A DNA stretch of 63,493 nucleotides, counting the filler. It is 3 parts of 3 records of this genome, joined end to end, with 100 filler letters (N's around TTAATTAATTAA, not from the genome) between each part and the next. Parts side by side here need not be neighbours in the genome. Positions count along the whole stretch, not along the records: positions 50,300 to 63,493 come from SRR20825006_142; 2 more parts are not named here. One strand, 5' to 3'. The notes under the pieces were generated by a model. It did not search any database, was not told the origin of the DNA, and saw only the letters and a program-made list of their open reading frames with translations. Within the stretch, counting starts at the first letter, position 1. Every line of letters starts with the position of its first letter. Shown here piece after piece: positions 61,434 through 63,493 of the stretch. Position numbers and translations under genes: made by a program.

Positions 61434-61586
61434 ATGTTTAGCACTCGTTTATTAGGAAGACATTTACAGAACTCCAATTTAACACATATCGTTTAACGAA
61501 ATTGCAAAGACTGAAAAAAAAGTTAGAAACCATATCCAATAAAGAGCGATAAGATTCGTATATTACGCATCGTTCTTTAACGTATT

Positions 61587-61955
61587 GGGGGTGTACTGGA
61601 TTCGACGGGATGAGTACTATCGCAGGTTGCATGTCGAGAGTGTCCAATGGATCTCGTAATAATATCCATTATGGCATATAATATAATTGACAACAATTAT
61701 TCATACCGCCTAGCAGCGTAAGCTGACTAAGCCGTTCCCTTGGTTATCGTGCCTATCAGTGCCAAGCCGAACGCCATAAAAGATAGGATAGCGTAACACG
61801 GTTTTCTGTCTTTGTTGCGTAAAATTTCACAGAATAGTATGAAGTCGCTTTGTTGTTGGGCTAGGCTTCATGCGAAATTCAATCAGCAACTAAGCATGTA
61901 GATGTTTGCAGATTTGCCGTTTCGGACCGGGGTTCGACTCCCCGCACCTCCACCA
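61587..61955 (+). ncRNA. ssrA: tmRNA; tag reading frame 61689-61721 encodes (A)DNNYSYRLAA*
   Basis: 5' GGGGGTG..GGATTCGAC and 3' GGTTCGACTCCCCGCACCTCCACCA form an Ala-type acceptor stem with G3.U; internal tag ends LAA-stop; 369 nt. Confidence 0.97.
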
Positions 61956-61961
61956 ATACTT

Positions 61962-61998
61962 AAAAAGCCAATTCGAGAAATCGAGTTGGCTTTTTTTT
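61962..61998 (+). terminator. tmRNA terminator
   Basis: AGCCAATTCGA-GAAA-TCGAGTTGGCT followed by a T-run. Confidence 0.9.
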
Positions 61999-62043
61999 GT
62001 TTGTATACTTTAAAAGCTATTGTGAGCTATCCCTCAACCCTGT

Positions 62044-62072
62044 AGATCCTTCGGAGGTATCCTCAGGATGAC
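62044..62072. repeat. REP-like palindromic element (AGATCCTTC...AGGATGAC)
   Basis: AGATCCTTCGGAGGTATCCTCAGGATGAC; same pattern as 24160-24195. Confidence 0.55.
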
Positions 62073-62172
62073 GCCTTACCGTATCTCTAACCCAGACCGC
62101 AAATCCATTAACTAAAGCTAATCATCAACAGCTATCCCCAATTAACCAATAACCCCATTCAAAATTCATAAT

Positions 62173-62634
62173 TCATAATTTAAAATCCCTTTTCCTCAGC
62201 TCCATCGGTGTTACGGGGAGGCCATAAAAATTGACTTTTTCGCCGACAATTTTTCCACCTAGTTGTAGAATCATATCAACAGTAATATCTCTAGCATCAA
62301 TTAGAATGGTTTCTATTCCCATTTGAAATGATTCATCTAAAGATTGTATCACCAATTTTTTTCCAAGTCCGAATCCGCGTAGCTTTTCATGAATGGCTAA
62401 TCGTCCCCAATGCCATTCGGAATTGATTTCCCAGATTGCGGCAGTCCCAACAATCTGATTACCGTCTTTTATGGCCCACCATTTTTGCTGGTCAGCCTTT
62501 ACAGGAATGAGCTCTTTGGGGATATTCTGCTCTACGCAAAAAACCTCTTCAAGGAATAATAAAGCGGAATTTACTGATGTAGGATTCAGCTGCTCTATGT
62601 GATATGTGGATGAATTCATGTTGTTTGTAGTCAT
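62173..62634 (-). CDS. GNAT family N-acetyltransferase
   Basis: VF..EQ, IVGTA and WGRLAI...RG.GLGKKL acetyl-CoA motif. Confidence 0.85.
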   Translation of the reverse strand: MTTNNMNSSTYHIEQLNPTSVNSALLFLEEVFCVEQNIPKELIPVKADQQKWWAIKDGNQIVGTAAIWEINSEWHWGRLAIHEKLRGFGLGKKLVIQSLDESFQMGIETILIDARDITVDMILQLGGKIVGEKVNFYGLPVTPMELRKRDFKL

Positions 62635-63350
62635 TTATCTGTTGCCCGTTCAAATTCATCCAAACATTCATCTAAAGGCGTTCCATTAGTATGAATGCAT
62701 TCGCAAAAAGAGGAGCCTGCAATTTCATTCGTAGTGTTTTCAAATTGCATATTACAATCCGATAGTGAATTTCTAGGCATGGCTTCATGTCCATAACGAG
62801 CTAGCGCTATTGTTAGGCCTACAGTGACGATTACTCCCGTGAAGAATAGAAATGGGAATTTTGTATTGTATTTATCAGGCTTCTGAATGATGCCAAAGCT
62901 TGAAAATTTCCGAAACGGGAAAATGTATTTTAATCGATCATAATTCCAAACAAGGATATATAAATTGGCAAGCACCATTAAGGGTGAGGTTACAATAGAA
63001 CCTTCAAAACGTAGCGCAAAAGACAGTAACCAAATGTTTACAATAATCGGTAAGTATAGCAATGCTCCCAGAGTTACAGTTCTAGGTATGATTAGTAAAA
63101 TTGCAGCTACCACTTGGGCAATTCCAATGAATGTGTAATAATAACTGGTATGATGTAAAGCTTCGAGATACGCTCCCATTGGATGATTGACTGATAAACC
63201 ACTAGCGAATCGTTCTCCAAGAATCTTTACCATTCCTGCAGCGATGAAGGCATAGGCTAATGAAAATCGACAAAAGATCGAGAAGAGCCAATACCATCTA
63301 TTTTCCTTAATTTTTAAATAGAATTGCTCAAATGTAGATATGATGTTGAA
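62631..63350 (-). CDS. DoxX family membrane protein; start uncertain
   Basis: G.VKI.GERF, FIG.AQ and GALLYLPI..NI motifs; frame open to 63383 with a TM-like segment upstream of ATG 63233. Confidence 0.75.
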   Translation of the reverse strand, partial: FNIISTFEQFYLKIKENRWYWLFSIFCRFSLAYAFIAAGMVKILGERFASGLSVNHPMGAYLEALHHTSYYYTFIGIAQVVAAILLIIPRTVTLGALLYLPIIVNIWLLSFALRFEGSIVTSPLMVLANLYILVWNYDRLKYIFPFRKFSSFGIIQKPDKYNTKFPFLFFTGVIVTVGLTIALARYGHEAMPRNSLSDCNMQFENTTNEIAGSSFCECIHTNGTPLDECLDEFERATDK

Positions 63351-63493
63351 TGGAGGAATGGGTTTCTTTATTAGGTCTAGATTCTAGTTCTGTTCATTGT
63401 CGCGGATTAAGATGAAAAAAACAGATTTTAATTCAAAGCGGCATGAAAAACGTATAGCTCAAGACCATTGGAAGCAGGAGCTTCCAGACTGCA

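Noticed and set aside
61438-61647. 69-aa minus-strand ORF
   Set aside because: Overlaps the tmRNA 5' end and its upstream region; no protein motif.
61956-63493. Possible genomic island integrated at tmRNA
   Set aside because: No integrase and no duplicated tmRNA 3' end seen; the native terminator follows directly.

Overview
The window is three contigs joined by artificial 100-nt spacers (N44-TTAATTAATTAA-N44 at 24025-24124 and 50200-50299), so gene order across those points has no meaning. Contig 1 (1-24024) looks like core chromosome from a Flavobacteriaceae species: mpl-like ligase, obgE, adk, hpt, purK, purE, M3 peptidase, long phenylalanine hydroxylase, sulfatase, hutU and the start of hemL, with TATCTTTG-type -7 promoter boxes. 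Contigs 2 and 3 look more GC-rich and appear to come from another lineage, probably Balneolaceae: aat, uvrA, monofunctional PRODH, tandem OmpA genes, icd, sucD, dnaG, a TonB receptor and tmRNA. No CRISPR array, integrase, transposase or prophage was found. The most interesting items are: (1) a translationally coupled DUF6978-like + DUF1828/DUF1829 gene pair (12073-13352) with cassette-like ends, a candidate toxin-antitoxin or anti-phage module; (2) a ~100-bp three-hairpin dispersed element present three times in contig 1, with a compensatory base change; (3) a divergent lgt inside an ABC-exporter operon; (4) three genes in contigs 2-3 whose N-termini extend upstream without an ATG/GTG/TTG; (5) an iodotyrosine-deiodinase-like nitroreductase. 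All family assignments come from reading motifs by eye; no database searches were run.
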